A stretch of DNA of 64,000 bases from Octopus sinensis (GCF_006345805.1 NC_043000.1:90954001-91018000); one strand, 5' to 3'; counted from the stretch's first letter, positions 16,086-30,249 are shown. A program made the numbers and translations. Notes: generated from the letters alone by a model not told the origin.

Positions 16086-16146
16086 TTTGACGCTCGGGAA
16101 AGTGAAAATGTCTTTTACGTTTCGAGCCTACGCTCTTCATCAGAAA
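16086..16146 (-). ncRNA. Minimal type I hammerhead ribozyme motif in a PLE-like terminal repeat
   Basis: Minus strand reads UUU-CUGAUGA-A-GAGC-GUAG-GCUC-GAAA-CG-(loop)-CG-UC-AAA. It has an intact core, a 4-bp stem II, a GUC cleavage triplet (16091-16089) and a 3-bp stem I. Confidence 0.7.
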
Positions 16147-16214
16147 GGAACAAGAGAAAATGAACAGAGAGACAATAAAAAACTTGTGGATTTAGCGTTC
16201 AAGTTCGTGTGCTT

Positions 16215-16430
16215 ATTGGTTTCAAATTTTGATACAAGGCCACCAAGCTCCGATTAGGGTTTAAGTCGTTTACATCGACCCTAATGCTCAACTAGTACTT
16301 ATTTTTCGACCTCGAAGGATGAAAGGCAAAGTTGACCAGGCTGGTTGTTTTTAATGCAAAAGTGAAGACGGACGAAATGCCGCTAAGCATTTTGCTCTAC
16401 GCGGTAACGATTCTGCCAGCTCACCGCCTT
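16215..16430 (-). mobile_element. SINE family B (internal deletion)
   Basis: Homology to the other B copies. Confidence 0.85.
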
Positions 16431-16511
16431 TATATTTGTGTATACATGTTAATATATATACATATAGATCAAATATACATATTAAAATATGCATATATAC
16501 ATATTGACATT

Positions 16512-16552
<41 letters not shown>

Positions 16553-16968
16553 GTATATGCATGCATATGTATCTTTAAAATTCGCTTATGATAACGTTAG
16601 AGGCATGCAACAAATAAAGCTCCTATTTCATTATGTTAGCTACCGTCTAATAAATACTGATAAGTAAGTCAGTTTTTCGGGGTTGCATCATGGTTGTACC
16701 GATATACTGTAAGACAGATATAATAATAACAATAATTCTAGGATGGAATTTATAGATTTTAATACATCACTACGCGCATTTCCCCAGATCCCATGATTTT
16801 AACATCAGAGTAGGTATCCCTATGATTAGTACGGTTTTGTCTGTATTATTTGTGGGCATCTGATTGATAATCCTCATTGAGTCACTTCATCAGGCGATAC
16901 TGCATTATTGGATGAATCACAGAGGGATGCTTATCCCTCCTTCCCAGTATGAAGGCCAATCTAGCTAT

Positions 16969-16974
<6 letters not shown>

Positions 16975-17067
<93 letters not shown>

Positions 17068-17079
17068 TATATCTATCTA

Positions 17080-17177
<98 letters not shown>

Positions 17178-17190
17178 CATACATATATAA
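16975..17190. repeat. (CA)n-(TA)n-(CT)n microsatellite
   Basis: Directly visible. Confidence 0.95.
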
Positions 17191-17519
17191 ATGTAAGATC
17201 CAGAGATCAAGGTGTGGGTAGAATATTAGCTTCGAGCAATCCGTAGTGAATTCTTCTATTACTTATTTCTCCCCTCATGTATATACCCCTCACATACTGT
17301 TCCTCTCACACATTCTGATCGAATCTTTGCGTCATCATGTACCTCTTTGCGACAACGTAACGTTTAATCTAATCAAAATATCCTTGGCCTGAAGAGTAGT
17401 CGGTGGTATACACTGCACTTGGATTTTATCATTCTTGAGGTTCTACTCGCTATGAAACATATGTAACCCGGATTTCCCATACTCCAAACCATAAATCTTG
17501 TATATATATACATACATAC

Positions 17520-17564
<45 letters not shown>

Positions 17565-18386
17565 TTACACATACATATATATATACATATACATGTAAAC
17601 ATATATATATATATATAAACATATATATACAAAAATATGCATATAACTGTTTCTAGATAATTTCTTTTCTTCCCTCTATTGTGGTAAAAGTTTGGTATAT
17701 ACTCAAAAGTATTCAAACAACTTTTTATCCTTTTGTTATAATATTCTTAATAATCTACTGAATAACCCTAAACTTTCACTTTATAGAATATTGCAGTATT
17801 GTTTAAAATATTTAACTATAGTACTACATGATAGGATTTCCCCTGTTTCATTATCAATGGTCTGCTAGTGGACACCACACCCCTTAATTGTCAGCTAACA
17901 ACTTGATTTAAGTTTTCCTTTACCAAATCTCATGATATTGCTTCTAATAAGTCTTTTTTGTTTTACTATGCCCACTATGATATCTATCGACTCCTTCAAC
18001 AGACACCGGTCCTTGTTCTCTCGGCCTTAGATATAAAAAGATTTGATAAAACTAGTCTATAAATTAAAACCGACCCCATAAAACTGTGACAAGAAAAATC
18101 TATAACAAGTCTTTCTTCCAGATACCTTTGAAAGCTGAAGTGAAGGTAGCAAGTTCTTTGTCTATTTCCTTACATTCTTGGAGATTTTAGGTAAAATTAT
18201 ACTAATGTGTCCATCTGTTTTAATTTAATTAAATTCTATGCCTTTGTGCAGCTGAGGACTGCTATGCATTTAAATTGATGTAATGATTGCATTTTTCAAT
18301 TAATGGAGTTGCTTGAAACGATCGTACTTCATTACCTCTGGATATCCTTGTAACTTATTTTGATTTATATATACATATATACATGT

Positions 18387-18440
<54 letters not shown>

Positions 18441-18458
18441 ATATATATATACATATAT

Positions 18459-18517
<59 letters not shown>

Positions 18518-18538
18518 TACATATACATATATACATAT

Positions 18539-19013
18539 ATATTTAAACATAATAAAACAGGGAATAAAAAATAAATTATTATTACCAGTAGCCTAGCACA
18601 AAAGACGAATTAATCATTAGACTATATATTATTCATATAGAAATACAATAAATGGCTTCCAAATAAGGAAGCGTTGTGCTAGAAAACCAAAAAGGGATAA
18701 ATTCATGAAAGGAATGAAAATTAAAAACGTTTACCATCTCAGCTTTATCCCAGACCAACGGTTTCTACCTATTTTTAGCAAATCAACAGAATATATTTGC
18801 CAAGACAAGGTTCTTCAGTGGGAAGCCTTCGTAATCCTAGATGCACAGACTGTTAAAAGCACATGTATATCTAACGGTTTGTATGTCCTAACTTTTAAAA
18901 CCTCTACGCAGACGCAAATCATAACCGGCGACAGAGAGGATGCCGGTAAAAAAAATTACGAACAAATTTATCAAGTAATATTTAAACATAATAAAACAGG
19001 GTAATAAAAAATA
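18539..19013. repeat. ~35-bp direct repeats 439 bp apart flanking a unique segment
   Basis: ATATTTAAACATAATAAAACAGGG(T)AATAAAAAATA at 18539 and 18978. Confidence 0.85.
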
Positions 19014-19057
19014 TATTCATATATATAATATATATACATATACACACATATATATAC

Positions 19058-19094
<37 letters not shown>

Positions 19095-19201
19095 TGTATA
19101 TACATATATATATGCGTATATGCATATATATATACATATATGCATATATACATATATACATATATATACATATATACATATACATATATATAGAGAGACA
19201 T

Positions 19202-19234
<33 letters not shown>

Positions 19235-19496
19235 CATATATATACATATACATATATACATATATATATGAAAAAACAAGTAAAAAATAGAAAATGCTAA
19301 AATAATTTTATAGTGAACATTACAGTACCGGTTTCGGTCATTTTGAGACCTTTTCAACTGTAACGATTAAATAATTAAATTTAGAAAAATTAGAAGAAAA
19401 GTTTTTTTAAAAGAATATTTCTATAGTAGTGTTCAGATTTAAGTGGCATTCTGCCTTTCTCTGACTCCCTTGTTTGCACTTGTGTGTGTCGAGACC

Positions 19497-19583
<87 letters not shown>

Positions 19584-19932
19584 ATATATAAGATATTCTG
19601 TGACTGCTTATGACTAACGTGCATCCAAGAGAAGTAATCAGTTCGTGATTATATCTCTTTGAAACTTTGAACGCTAAACCACCAATTCCTCGACTCAACA
19701 GTTGAGCAGCAATGACCAGTTGCTACCCATCTTATTGGCCTCCAGTCGAACTCTCTCAGCTTATTCCAGAGCATGTACGTAGCTGCTTACTATGAAAATA
19801 AATCATCTGTAAATCGTTTTCGGGGAGCGAGGAAAAAGAGAGAGAGAGAAAGAAAGAGAGTGGAAGAGAAAAGAGAGAAAGAGACAGCGAGAAGAGAGAG
19901 AGCGAAAGAAAGAGAGAAAAACAGATAGATAG

Positions 19933-20013
<81 letters not shown>

Positions 20014-22029
20014 GAGAGAGAGATAGAGAGAGAGAGAGGGATAATTTTGTTAATTATGACATCGTCTTAATAATTTCTGTAACTGAATATGGGTCACGTT
20101 TGGAAACGGATTGTACATCTCCCAACATGTAAGGAGTTGTCTTCTTTCCCCTTTTTTGCTATTCGCAGCATTCTCAGAAATGCAAACCTCACCGAAATGA
20201 AAAAACCCCGAAGCTAGCCTTAACTGGAAACAGTCATTGTTTTGCTGGTCTTGCTTCTGGTATTCAGTGACTTACTTTACCGCTGCTTCCTTGCATCAGT
20301 CTTTGCATGGCAACATGATACTCTTCTCTTGAAATCATGTGACCACGTTAGTCCTCAGGAATATTTGAACGACCTGGAGAAACAAAATTTTTCTCCCAGT
20401 TTCACTTTTCTTTCCTGTCACTGTGCTCCCTGCGGGAGAGGAGGGTATGTGTAAGGGGATCTTGTTCATCTTTTAACTGATGATTAGAGATGGTATTACA
20501 AAAAGTTGATCTTGTAATAATGCCATTTGCATTTCTCCTGGCTTATTACAACCAGTGTAGTATGCACTCCGGAATGCTTCACCGTCCACATACCCTGCAT
20601 TAAAAATATATGATGAAATGCTTTCTATTTAAAAAATTATAACCGTTTCATCATAGTAGCACCTTTATGGTATGTATGTAAGGATTGAGACACGGCGGGT
20701 TTTCCTGTGGTACATTTTGGCTGATAAAATTACACTCTCCCTATAATATTATTAAAATGCTTATCTATAGAATTTGCCTCAAACTAAGATACATTTCGAC
20801 ATGTGACAGTTCAATAGTAGGATTACTAAAGTAATTATAAATTCTACCACCGAGTCCAAATGCTTTGCTATCACTGTCTGAGGTTTATTTGATGAGGACT
20901 GACTTGAAACTAAACTACAACAACAGGAACAACGCCCTAAACTTGATATATTAATTCTTCACTACTATAATTTCTCTATAGTCACTTCCATTCCCGCCTA
21001 ATAGCCCTGTCTGAGTTGTTTATTGTAACAATATTTCATTATCTAGCGGACATAATAAACTAACTTTGACAAATGTATATGTATTATCTAGCCTTTTCTC
21101 GTCTTTAATAACGACATGTGATTTTAATTTTAATCTATAGTTTCTTTATGGACAATAATTTTCTTTTGTCCATAAACATACATTCCTCTGCTTTGCTTTC
21201 TCCATCTCTATCACATAGAGACTTACACTCACACATAAACAGCCACACGCAGGTTTCTTAAAACTCACACCCACATACCAAAACACTTTATACACAATTA
21301 CTCACAGGTACACACATACACAAATGTATGCATTCACATTCACTTCTATGTATACGCTCATATTGGGCTTCCTTACAATCACAAATATATAGCCACCGCA
21401 ATCTCCACAAATCCACAAACATTCACACGTACTTATGCGTATACAAAGAAATTCAATGATATTTTAATGAAGCAACTGTCCTATGGAGCCATGCCAACAA
21501 TTCAACTGTGAAATAGAGAGATGTCAGTATTGATGTCGAGAAACTGTTTCATTAGGATAAACCAGTGTATGAAACATACATAGATAAAATTCCCAGCTTG
21601 AAGTGTATGAAAATGGGGGTTTGACATAACACACTTCAACTGACTGTGATGTATACCGGCACTAGTATTATTTGAGTTTCCACAGGCAATACATTGAACT
21701 TCTAGTTCAGATATAAGTAGACACACTTTCCTCAAATTCACTTAACGATTACGCAAACACACGCTAACATACCACATCTTTACTAACCAATATACGCCAA
21801 TATAATTTCGTACTTTTATAGCACTGCGCACATACACACACAACACATAACCACAGACACAGCTCTTTCTTATAATACTAATCACTAAACATGGATACCC
21901 TCGCAAAAACCTACCCTTTCTCTCTTCATAGTTCTCCACCCACAGAATTGTTCGACACCTTGACTCCTTCTTTATTTATTTTCTTTTCTCAACCATTTTT
22001 CTTCCTTCTCACTCTTCCTGCACTGTCCT

Positions 22030-22088
22030 CTGACAAAGGATTAGCTTCTGAAACGTTAAGATATTTTCCCTATTTGTTAAGCGTTAAG
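22030..22088 (+). ncRNA. Degenerate hammerhead-like motif, same family as 16086-16146
   Basis: CTGACAA-AGGA-TTAGC-TTCT-GAAACG...CGTT; the core G8 is mutated, so it is probably inactive. Confidence 0.4.
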
Positions 22089-22752
22089 TTTATAAAATAT
22101 TTGTTAAAACTTGTCTCTCCTGTGTTGTCCTTTTGGTTTTTGTTCATTCCTATCATAGTATAGATCGATATTACCTTGAAAGAACAACTTAACACGGTTT
22201 AAAATGGTGATATTATAGGTTTGACCATTGTGTTGATAGTCTGCACTATCGAGTTCCATTCTTCTTGCATTAATTATTAATAGATCGATGGATTCTGCTC
22301 ACTTATCCTGAAGATCAGTTTGTATATTCTATGCCTGTTGTGTCAGTGCTGTATACTCACCAAAAAATCCTTTGCTATGATATTTCTGTTGAAATAGTCT
22401 TTGTTTCATTTGATTGTAAGATTAATGAAGAATTTTGTGAAGTAACTTCATCATAATTAAGCTGGTATTTGTAGCTTAAATTAACATGGAATTATGTTGT
22501 AGCTAACCTTAAAGTAATACGTTTGAATGGTAGACCCAAGGGGGTGGTCTTAGGTCGGTTGATATCATAAGGGTCAAAGTCAAAGTTGCAGCAGAGTTTT
22601 GTTTCTATTATATCAATGCATAGCCTGCTTATAATTTGCTTTCGAATTTAATATCCACCCAGAAAAGAAGTCAGGTCGCAGTCGCGATATGCGTAGAAAT
22701 AACTTAAAGATTGTATAGTTATTTTTATGTTATATATATATATATATATATA

Positions 22753-22787
<35 letters not shown>

Positions 22788-22913
22788 GTAGAAAAATACA
22801 AACTGGGACAAGACGTAAAATATTTAGAAGTCGATACAAAAAACGCGGACGGGACATTCGAAGCCTTCAATCTTCAGTCAAGAACCGGATCATCATAGAA
22901 ATTTCGGTTGATT

Positions 22914-22961
<48 letters not shown>

Positions 22962-23402
22962 CCATAGAATAGCAAGTTCATCCATGTAGTATACTGTTTA
23001 ACAGGAAACACAAAATGCTACAGTATACAATAGGTCTTCTGGGAATTCATTAAACTCAACTAATAAAAACTGCTATCATAAATATATAGTTTAGATTTTG
23101 TAATGAGTGCAATTTTTCGCGGTAGTATGGTGCTGTTATTTATATATTTGATGCTAAGTAACTATCAACCAAAGTAGTCTTTCGTCCCGGAAAAAAATTC
23201 AATTTGCTTAGGAAGAAACTATTGATCTATTACTTAACATAATACAAATAATAGAAAAACATAAAGAGATGGTGAAATAAAAACCATAATCTCATTTACG
23301 CTGAATCAGTGGATTATTTCACAAATTTTATTCTGTGTTAAAACTAAGCGTATCTTGCCAGATTGATAATAACGACGACGATGACAACAACAACAGAAAC
23401 TG

Positions 23403-23480
<78 letters not shown>

Positions 23481-23514
23481 TATTATTATTATATTATTAT
23501 TATTATTTCAAATT

Positions 23515-24215
23515 TTGGCACAAGGCCAGTAATTTTGAGAGAGAAGGTATGTCGATGGCATCGATCCTAATGCTCAACTGGGACTTATTTTATCGACCTC
23601 CGAAAAGATGGAAGACAAAGTCGACCTAAGCGAAATTTAAACTCAGAAGATTAGATTGACGAAATGCCTTTAAGGTAACAATTGTGCACGCTCGCCGCCA
23701 TAATAATAATAATAATAATAATAATAATATAATAATAATAGGTATCTAAGGTTACTTGTTGTAGCAGGTGTTAGATTTTTTCTTTACCAACGGTCTAATA
23801 TGTTGTGCGTATAATATTAATAATAGTAATCCTTGTTTCAAAACTATAGTAATTTTGAAGGGAGGGGCTACATCGATTACATTGACCCCAGTGTTCAAGT
23901 GGTACGCATCTTATCGATCCTGATTGAATGGAAGGTAATGTGGAGCTCTGCAGAATTTCAGTACAGAATGTAAAGAACCAGTAGAGATGCCGCTTAGGAC
24001 AACATGGTAAAGTACAACGTGCTTTAGTACAACGTGCTTTAGTACAACATGCTAAAAATTCTGCCAGTTTTGCCTTGGTTTCAAATATTGGTAGAAGGCC
24101 TGCAATTTTTGAGGGGGTGGGCAAGCCGATTACACTGACCTCACTATTTGACTTGGAAGTTTTCTTATCGAGCTCGACAGAATGAAAGGCAAAACTAACC
24201 CCGGGGGGATGTAAC
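23515..24215 (-). mobile_element. Three degenerate SINE-B copies, one with an internal 15-bp x3 tandem repeat (24011-24054)
   Basis: Homology to family B; AGTACAACGTGCTTT repeated three times. Confidence 0.7.
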
Positions 24216-24279
24216 CCATTAGCTACTACCCCGTTGCATAAAATTGCTCGCAATTCATCTAAATTTGAAGCCACTATTG

Positions 24280-24293
24280 TTATATTAATAATA

Positions 24294-24344
<51 letters not shown>

Positions 24345-24427
24345 TGATAATAATAATAATGATAATAAGGATAATAATAATAATAATAATAATAGAAGTA
24401 ATAGTTACAGTGATAGTAATAGTAGTG

Positions 24428-24472
<45 letters not shown>

Positions 24473-24485
24473 ATGATAATAATGA
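24280..24485. repeat. (TAA)n/(TAG)n repeat
   Basis: Directly visible. Confidence 0.95.
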
Positions 24486-24996
24486 TTTCATTATTAACCA
24501 CAAGGGTTTACATTAAGAAAAGCATTATGGGCAGTACAGGACAGAACGAAGAATGTATGTGTGTCAGTGTGTGTTGTCAGGGTTTTGCATGTAAACAAGA
24601 CGAACAAAAAAAACGAAAGAAAAAAAATCAACAATGTGTAATCCTCAATAGGGGGTGGAGACGTTCAAGGGCTACTCATGGAAAAAACCTCATAAAGAAC
24701 TACGGGTGCCCTGATTTTTTGGGCAGGTGCCTTTTTTTCCTTTCCTTTTTATGAACTACAGGCTTATGCTCAGAGCAGGCGCGTTCACTCGCACTATTCT
24801 CGCCACTTTCATCCACCTTCAGCAAACTGGCTAGAGGACAACACTTTCCTCTCTACCCTTATTTTTCTTTTTAAGTGAAACTTGGAGAAATTGATCAGGG
24901 ATTGGCCAAAGAGAAAAGTGTTTGTCATCAGCCCCTTTCATCTCGTCCACCTTACAACCTCTTCCGTCATGGCCACCAAGCATATAAACACAGCCT

Positions 24997-25285
24997 TTAT
25001 CTCTACTAAGTATAGATGCAGATGTGTTACGTAAGATTAACTTTGAGGATCTGATCAAAGACTTTGCAACTGAAAAAAAGTAAGAGGAATTTTTTTTCAA
25101 AAACAAATAAAGTAGAAGTATACAAAAATAAACATTATTTTCCCTCTTACAGTTTTGCTTCGTTTTGAAAAATAAAGATTTATTTATGGCTTGTTACTGT
25201 GTATATTTTGAATTACATGATCTTTTATGGAGGCACCGAAATATTCTAAGTACTTAGGGTCTCGCTGGGTCTTAAACCGGTTCTA
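24997..25285 (+). mobile_element. hAT transposon 3' remnant (dimerisation-domain C-terminus plus terminal region)
   Basis: 24997-25083 translates LSLLSIDADVLRKINFEDLIKDFATEKK*, matching the hAT C-terminal L.LLSIE..........II.DFA..K pattern. Confidence 0.7.
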
Positions 25286-25372
25286 TGTATGTATCTATGT
25301 ATATGTGTATATATACCATATGTAGTATAAAACAACTAATTCAGTCAGCATGCCATTACTTCAAGTGCAATG

Positions 25373-25667
25373 ATCATTTGACTGCGGCCATGCTGGAGCA
25401 CTGCATTTAGTCGAACAAGACTTATTCTTTGTAAGCCTAGTACTTATTCTAGCGGTCTCTTTCGGAAGTCAACACACCAACATCGGAGACAAACACAAAC
25501 ACACAAATGCATACAATGCATACATGCATACACATACAAGTTTCTTTCAGTTTGCGGCTACCAAATCCACTCAGAGGCTATAGTTGAAGACACTTGCGCA
25601 AGGTGACTTGCAGTGAGACTGAACCCAGAACCATGTGTTTAGGAAGCAAGCTTCTTACCACACAGCC
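25373..25667 (-). mobile_element. SINE family A with internal deletions
   Basis: Reverse complement of the family A head (CTTCTTACCACACAGCC) and 3' module. Confidence 0.85.
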
Positions 25668-25688
25668 CTCGTATGCCTATGTCTGTGT

Positions 25689-26010
25689 TTATTACCTCCG
25701 CCTTAGCGAAGGCGATGTTGTTTTCAGTCGTGTTTCTTTGTTTGTCTATGGAGAAGATATCTCAAGAATCGATGGGTGGATTCGAATGAAACTTTCAGGA
25801 ATGTTTGATCTCGGACAAGGATTCTGGATTATTTTGCCGTTTTTTTTTACGCAATTTTTGAGAGCGGTTGGGTTCATTTTTAGTATTCTCGTTTGTGACA
25901 CCAGTCGAGTTTATTTCATATATTCTCCTTCTAAAAATCATTTCCGGCTAATCGTTGAGAAGACGTTGGTGTTGACTTGGAGGAGATTGTGAGCTCTGTG
26001 AGCTTTTGTT
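25689..26010 (+). mobile_element. Helentron-associated (HINE/DINE-1-like) non-autonomous element
   Basis: 5' TTATTACCTCCGCC subTIR with a nearby inverted copy; 3' degenerate subTIR (TGGAGGAG) followed by the hairpin AGCTC-TGT-GAGCT (25992-26004); T-rich flanks. Confidence 0.6.
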
Positions 26011-26558
26011 TGAATATTTTTCTCAGTTTTTAGCTTTTATAAGCTACGGGGCGGGTATAGTCAATTTGAGACTGTCGTCTGGAGAGCCTATTATTTAGGT
26101 TGTTTAAATATTCATGCACATTTTGATGGTTCTCACCCTCATGTACCGCAACGTACACACACATTCATACACATTACAAATACACACACACATATATATA
26201 TATATATTAAATATAGAGAGAAACAGGGAAAAAGAAAACATACTGTGAGAGTATGAGAGAAACGGAGTAAATATGTGGTCATCATTTTGAATATTAACGC
26301 TTTGTTACTTTCAAAAGCAACTGGTTAGCTGCAATAAACTTAATCTGACATTTCATGAATGATGTAAATATCTGAGTTTGCAGAACTGTACAAGAACCGT
26401 TACAGATACGAACTTGTTAGTAAAGAATGTAATACAAACGAATAAAACATTAGAGAAAAAAAAACAGAGAGAAAACAGGGGGAAATAACAACAGCTATAG
26501 ATATAAATCGTTGTCCAATAACAGAAAGAAAACATTAATGATAATAATAATGATGATG

Positions 26559-26614
<56 letters not shown>

Positions 26615-26899
26615 TGTAAAATATATCATTGAACCAATCATTACTACTCAAGAACGTCATCATAATGAAGAAGAAAAGAAAAAAGTAATATATGTAGACA
26701 GAATTATATGATGATGAAAGATTTTTATTTTCTTTTTGTAACTTTTATTTTTTACTTTCACTTTCATTCTCCTTCATATACATATATTCGTTCATACACG
26801 CATGCATACTTACACCGCATACGTGTAAACACACACTCACGCTTATCACGCACTCACGTACATTCGCATATACCTGCCTGTTACACACACACACACATA

Positions 26900-27078
26900 T
26901 ACATATACATATATATCTATACATCTTTTGCCTTCTCTCAGTCTCTCCCCGACTCATTCACTCTCTCTCTTTTGCTCTGTCTGACATTCATTCTCACTCT
27001 CTCTCTCTTGCTCTGTCTGTCTCTGTCTGTCTGTCTGTCGCTGTCTCTGTCTGTCTGTCTGTCTCTGTCTCTGTCTGT

Positions 27079-27112
<34 letters not shown>

Positions 27113-27400
27113 ATATATATATACATATATATGCAAGTATGTATATGCCTTCGTGTGTGTATGTATAATATATAACTAGATATAGATATGTAGATATATA
27201 TTAAAACAGAAATACATATACGTTTATATACATATGCATATGTATATCTATGTGTGTGTATATATATGTATATATATATATACACATACATATGCATGTA
27301 TATAAACATACATACACACACAGACACACAGACACACGCACACACACACATATATATATACATATATATACACACACATATGTGTTTCTGAGAATATACT
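26900..27400. repeat. (CA)/(CT)/(CTGT)/(TA) compound microsatellite
   Basis: Directly visible. Confidence 0.95.
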
Positions 27401-28594
27401 CACATACATGCGTGTAAGTCTGTTCATTCTCTGGCCATCCTCGGTGCTTGTCATCAATGGTATATCCACACACTCTGCTAACTAGTTTATTTCGTTAAAA
27501 TATTATTCAAGGTGTAGGCATAAAGTCTTCTCTCTAACTTTAGTTATCGTTCTGTCTTTCTTTCTTTCAAGTGGCTATATATTTCTACACATCTCTCTAT
27601 ATTTCTATACACTATACATGGACAGTTGATTAAATTGGCAAAACGCCTGAGTGTTTTTTTTTCTCTTTTTCTCTCCCTTTCAGTGATTAAATTATTCATT
27701 GGTTAAGTTTTGACAACTGTTTTTTTTTTCTTCGACAATGATAGAAATGTAAGAACCACTTATTTGTAAACATAAAAGGAGAAACCGAAAGATGCAAAAT
27801 AAGGAAAATAAATAAACGTAAAAATATATAGATAAAATATCTGTTGAAACAACAGAACCACAAATATCAAGGCAAATATGTAGAGAGGCAGCAAAAATGA
27901 GTTTAAGATATTTCCCTTAAATATACTTTTTATAATGTACTTTTTGATGCTTTGATTGATCTATTATTTCAAAAAATATACACACACGCGCATATACTTA
28001 TGTATACATTGTCATATATGCATATATATATATACACATAGATATATGTATGTATATATATGCATATATTTATGCATGCATATACATACATAAACATACA
28101 TACATGTACACACGCACCCACTCGCACGCACACACACACACACACACACATATGTGGTAAATGAAAGACGGAAGATGGGAAGATAGAATATACGAGAACT
28201 TTTATTAATCATGGCAATTGTTTAGACAAATCTAGCATCGATCCGTCAGGGATGCGACACTTAACAACTGGTTCAGGAGCATCCGTTGGTGCAGATGTGT
28301 CTCATCGGTTAAAATAACAGTTCTACAATGTAACTTCTCTCTTCGTAGAAAAACGATGGAAATATCTTCATTTATATAGAAGATCAAAACTAAAATCACA
28401 GAGGCAAAAAACACGCAATACAGCGAGAAAAGTAGTCTTCATATACATAGGTATATATATATATATTATATATATATACATATATTTATATATGTATATA
28501 TAGATATATGTATGTATGTATGTATGTAGGTATGTATGTATGTATGTATGTATGTATGTATATATATATATATTATATATATATATATATATAT

Positions 28595-28637
<43 letters not shown>

Positions 28638-29317
28638 AAATATGCGTGTAATATCTGAAATGTGCTTCTCTAGTAGAAGACACTTGATGAGGATTGCAGG
28701 CGGAGGAATCGAATGTAAAATCTCATGGCTGGAAATCGAGCTTGCTACCCACACCATTATGTCTGCTATCTATAATATATAATAATATATAGATATATAA
28801 TATCTATGTAGAAGTGTGTGTGTATAAACGCGCGCATGTGTAAGTTTATTTTTATGCGTTTCATGTGACTTTAAAATAGGTCAATATGAAAGTTTCTTTT
28901 TGAATATGTGATCAATAAGTATTTTCATATATTAAAATTTTGTAGGTATTTGTATTAGAGTTTATAACAGCTAATTTCTCTTCTGCTTATATATTTCCAT
29001 ATTTTCCTCTCCATCGAATGCTTGCAAAACTAAACTTCAATCTCTTATCTCCACACCACAAACTACAGAAGGTCACTGTATTTGTAGTCAACAATCCGTT
29101 ATGAGCAAATAGGACTTTACATAACATGTTTTCGCTAATTGTTTGAGTTATCTGCATAGTCCCTAATACTCGTTTCCATTAGATGTATCTTAGTAGATTG
29201 GAGCAACGTGATATGAAGAGCTTTGCTGAAGTAAACAATCTAATGCCGGTATAGGAATTGCATCCACGTCGTTATGATCGTGAGCCAATCATGCTAACCA
29301 TTAGACCACGGTAAATA

Positions 29318-29630
29318 TCAATATCTGTAAAGCTGAAATGCGAAATAGTTGTTTGATTTATTGGTTATTTGTCTCGTTTTGGGATGGGAACGGTTTAAGT
29401 GGCGGAAGGTGGTGTGGGATTGGCGCCGAAATTTACACTGGGGTTTAAATGGGGTGGGTAATGGTATGAGGGGGGTTGCAAGTCGCTGCGGGCTACCGTT
29501 TGGTTGCCATGATGAGGAATATGGGAAAGGCAAAGAAGACGAACAAAAGAAGAAAGGGAAAAGGAGACAATACGCACAAAACAACTCCACCACCAAAACC
29601 CGAGCGAAGCACGGGGGTCTAAATAGCTAG
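29318..29630 (+). mobile_element. Non-autonomous Helitron
   Basis: A^TC start, hairpin CCCGAGCGAAGCACGGG (29599-29615), CTAG^T end 11 nt later. Confidence 0.8.
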
Positions 29631-30249
29631 TCTACCTATAATTTCAGATTGTTGATTTTTACTGATTTTTAAAGCGTTTATTCCCTGTGGATTCTTTCCT
29701 GCACAGGTTTCATTTAAAGTTCTTTTATTTCTCTTTGGTATTATTTTCCTAATTCTTTCATTTTCTGTTCATCGTTCTCTCGTTTCGACCAAACGGCAGT
29801 GACACGTTTCGGGAAGGTGTGATATGTCCCTCTCTCCAAATGCATAACATATTTGAAAGAAATATTTGACCCATATTAACCCATAACTGATTTTCTACAT
29901 AAGCAAACAGAATTTAAATATATTTTGCATTACTAACTAGTTCTACAGTCATCAATATACTACACAAATTACTTTGTTACATACTTCCATGTACCTATGT
30001 ATGAGTGAGTGTATTTATCTATACATGTGGTCAGTAATTCAATGTATTTTGCACAGCTGTCATGACCGACAAGATTTCAAATAAATTGTGTTGCTATTAA
30101 CCAATCTGTGTAAATGTATTTTGTTTGGTAGATCATTTTTCATGTAACGGATTTAATTTTTCTTGCAACCCGCTGTTTGCTCAGCATTTGACATGTTGAA
30201 TATTGAATATCTATATAATTTCCTCACGAGGCAACATAAAAAATAATGT

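Noticed and set aside
17650-18360. Possible old retroelement remnant on the minus strand
   Set aside because: Motifs too decayed to assign to PLE, RTE or CR1.
20276-20338. Minus-strand MISREEYHVAMQRLMQGSSGK followed by GTAAGT
   Set aside because: Looks exon-like, but it is out of phase with the neighbouring candidate exon and no downstream partner was found; an EF-hand or recombinase resemblance nearby was too weak.
23795-24274. 159-aa minus-strand ORF
   Set aside because: Reads through two degenerate SINE-B copies and a 15-bp tandem repeat; no protein family signal.
28650-28730. [23 protein letters not shown], resembling the DENN LLLE motif
   Set aside because: Too close to the dDENN-like segment to fit DENN domain spacing, and it has no good donor site.
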